25,861 nt of DNA from Candidatus Woesearchaeota archaeon (GTDB taxonomy: Archaea; Nanobdellota; Nanobdellia; Pacearchaeales; GW2011-AR1): contig CAZLZF010000002.1 in assembly GCA_964563945.1 (NCBI GenBank), positions 1-25,861 on the forward strand. Direction: 5' to 3'. Each line of letters opens with the position of its first letter. Position 1 is the first letter of the stretch. The position numbers and the translations under genes are program-made. Below are positions 24,044 through 25,861 of this stretch, piece by piece. The notes under the pieces are model-generated. The model had not been told where the DNA came from and did not search any database. It saw only the letters and a list, made by a program, of their open reading frames with translations.

Positions 24044-25861
24044 CTACAGGCTTTCCATGATGTTCAGCAGGCTTTGGTAGCTGTCCACGTCATGGTAAAC
24101 CACATCCTCGGTTGATAGTTCCGCAAAGAGCTTCTTTGCGCATTTAATCTTTGCCTGTTCGATAGGCTTCAGATTCAGGGTCTCCATCGTTCCCTTGGTC
24201 TCGGCAATGAAGAAGATATGCTTCACGCTGTCCTTGTTGAATGCAATCGCCCAGTCCGGGGAATAATTGCCAACAGGTGTCGGGATAGAAAAGCCTTTCG
24301 GCAGTTTGGCGTAAACGCATACCTCTTCCGCCAGATCCATATCCTCTGCCATGCGGCGCTCCACGCTCTTTCCATCCTTGGCATAACCATCGGCAAAGAC
24401 GTAATCCTGAACGTTCTTCTTTGAGCGGTATGCCCGTGAGAAATCGCTGTTCTTTTCCGCCGTAAAGATGGCGCTGTCGTATGTGCCCTCAGTACGGTTG
24501 TAGGTGATCTGCTCCACAATCATCGTGGCCTTCTGCTCATTGATAAGCCGGATAGCCTTGGTGATAAACTCCTCCGGGTTATTCTGGAACATGGCAAATG
24601 TCGTAGGACGGATTCCATCAAGGATCGCCGCAACGGTTCTACGGGTGAGCTTTGCGCCTTCCGCAATCTTACCAATCAGGTCATATGTAACGAGGCTGCC
24701 TTCCGCACGGTCGAGCGTATAAGTCTGGCTCTTCTCGGCGAGGAACATGGAGCCGCTCTTTACCTGCTCCGCGCTCCAGTCCTTCTCCTGCTGCCCCGAT
24801 GTGACGGTATACTGCAACTTTGCCACAAACATCTTGTCGTCAATATGATCGATGGACTTCTTTATCAGCTCCTGGCTGTCAAACTCCACCGTGTACGCAT
24901 ACTGATGGTTGATCAGGTTCCAAAGGCGCTGGAACTCTTTCTTGTAGAAATTATCGTTCAACGGATTTTCTGTTATCTTCGTATCATGGCCGTCCTTGAT
25001 CATGTCATCCAGCGCATGCGGATCGAAGATACTCTGAATAAGGGCATGAACTCCCTCGGTTATCTCTGTGCAGCTTTCCGGCACCGGCGCAAGGACATTG
25101 TTTTCCTTATCGGCACGGTACTTGTCGGTAACATGATCCTCTTCATCGATATAGTCATTCTTAATGAGGTAGCGGTAAATATCGCGTCCCTGCTTATCGG
25201 AAACAGTGAACTGGTTTCCTTCGACCACCAGCGTCTTGCCGATAAAGTATTCTGCGGATGCTTTGGTAGGACGCTCATACAGATCGTCCCTGATGCCCTT
25301 CTGAAGATCAGCCACAAAATCCTTATAGCCATCGGAGGCAATGACGGTCAGCTGGTTGACCTGCAGTACCTGGGCTCCCAGCGTTGCAGCATCCATACGA
25401 TCACCGTTCTGGTTTACGCAGAGACGCAGTCCGCGGCCAACTTCCTGCCGTTTCTGGGTAGGCGAGCTGCCGCCGTGCTTGAGCGTACAGATCTGGAACA
25501 CATTAGGATTATCCCAGCCTTCACGCAGGGCAGAGTGCGAAAAGATAAAACGCACGGGATTGCTGAAAGACAGCAGGCGTTCCTTGTCTTTCAGGATCAG
25601 GTCATATGCGGAAATATCATCACTCTCATCACTGCCGCGCTTAAGGGAACTGTCCACCTTGCGGCCTTTCTTATCAATGCTGAAATAACCGGCATGAGTC
25701 TGATGCACATCAATGCTGCGCAGATACTGCTCATACGGCGTATTGAACAGGGTCAGATACTCATTGAGGATGGAGACATATTCCTGCTCGAAAATCTCGC
25801 CATACTCAGAGTTGATCTCGTTGCCGTCCTCATCGTATTTTCTATACTTTGCGACCTCGTC
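24044..25861 (-). CDS. res: Type III restriction enzyme Res subunit (C-terminal part; gene starts beyond the window)
   Basis: Frame is open to the window edge (DEVAKYRKYD...). FIFSHSALREGWDNPNVFQIC, QEVGRGLRL, endonuclease NYSPDWAI...FIAETKG. Confidence 0.92.
   Translation of the reverse strand, partial: DEVAKYRKYDEDGNEINSEYGEIFEQEYVSILNEYLTLFNTPYEQYLRSIDVHQTHAGYFSIDKKGRKVDSSLKRGSDESDDISAYDLILKDKERLLSFSNPVRFIFSHSALREGWDNPNVFQICTLKHGGSSPTQKRQEVGRGLRLCVNQNGDRMDAATLGAQVLQVNQLTVIASDGYKDFVADLQKGIRDDLYERPTKASAEYFIGKTLVVEGNQFTVSDKQGRDIYRYLIKNDYIDEEDHVTDKYRADKENNVLAPVPESCTEITEGVHALIQSIFDPHALDDMIKDGHDTKITENPLNDNFYKKEFQRLWNLINHQYAYTVEFDSQELIKKSIDHIDDKMFVAKLQYTVTSGQQEKDWSAEQVKSGSMFLAEKSQTYTLDRAEGSLVTYDLIGKIAEGAKLTRRTVAAILDGIRPTTFAMFQNNPEEFITKAIRLINEQKATMIVEQITYNRTEGTYDSAIFTAEKNSDFSRAYRSKKNVQDYVFADGYAKDGKSVERRMAEDMDLAEEVCVYAKLPKGFSIPTPVGNYSPDWAIAFNKDSVKHIFFIAETKGTMETLNLKPIEQAKIKCAKKLFAELSTEDVVYHDVDSYQSLLNIMESL

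Larger units (their letters stand above)
12249..25861 (-). other. Defence island / co-oriented operon (type III RM, helicase-nuclease, Mrr, Hachiman-like, ADP-ribose hydrolases)
   Basis: Nine co-oriented genes with gaps of at most about 45 nt or short overlaps, ending at one terminator. Confidence 0.8.

Noticed and set aside
1-25861. tRNA/rRNA genes, integrase, att sites, IS elements, reverse transcriptase
   Set aside because: None recognisable; nearly all sequence is accounted for by the CDSs listed.

Overview
The window holds two modules, most likely from a Firmicutes (Clostridia-like) genome; this host assignment is inferred from strong AGGAGG RBSs and the gene families present. (1) About 1-12206 is the replication/early-late part of a prophage or phage-related element. 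Leftward: DUF4406-like protein, AEP primase-PriCT-DUF3987 replicase, iteron-rich putative origin, VRR-NUC, SNF2 helicase, RinA/ArpU-like activator, tandem late promoters, HNH endonuclease and a probable cos region. Rightward: DUF2800 nuclease, DUF2815 SSB, two small membrane proteins and a family-A DNA polymerase. The two arms are driven by an inverted, repeated promoter-leader cassette. (2) About 12249-25861 is a tightly packed minus-strand defence island: type III restriction Res subunit (5'-truncated by the window), a 1211-aa RecD2-like helicase with an unrecognised Cys-rich N-terminus and a C-terminal nuclease, Mrr, a Hachiman-like pair whose HamA lacks the E-x-K nuclease motif, and an ADP-ribose 'eraser' cassette (macrodomain, small unknown, ADP-ribosylglycohydrolase-2xSseB fusion, Zn-ribbon protein) with no ADP-ribosyltransferase in view. 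All family assignments come from recognising motifs by eye, not from database searches.
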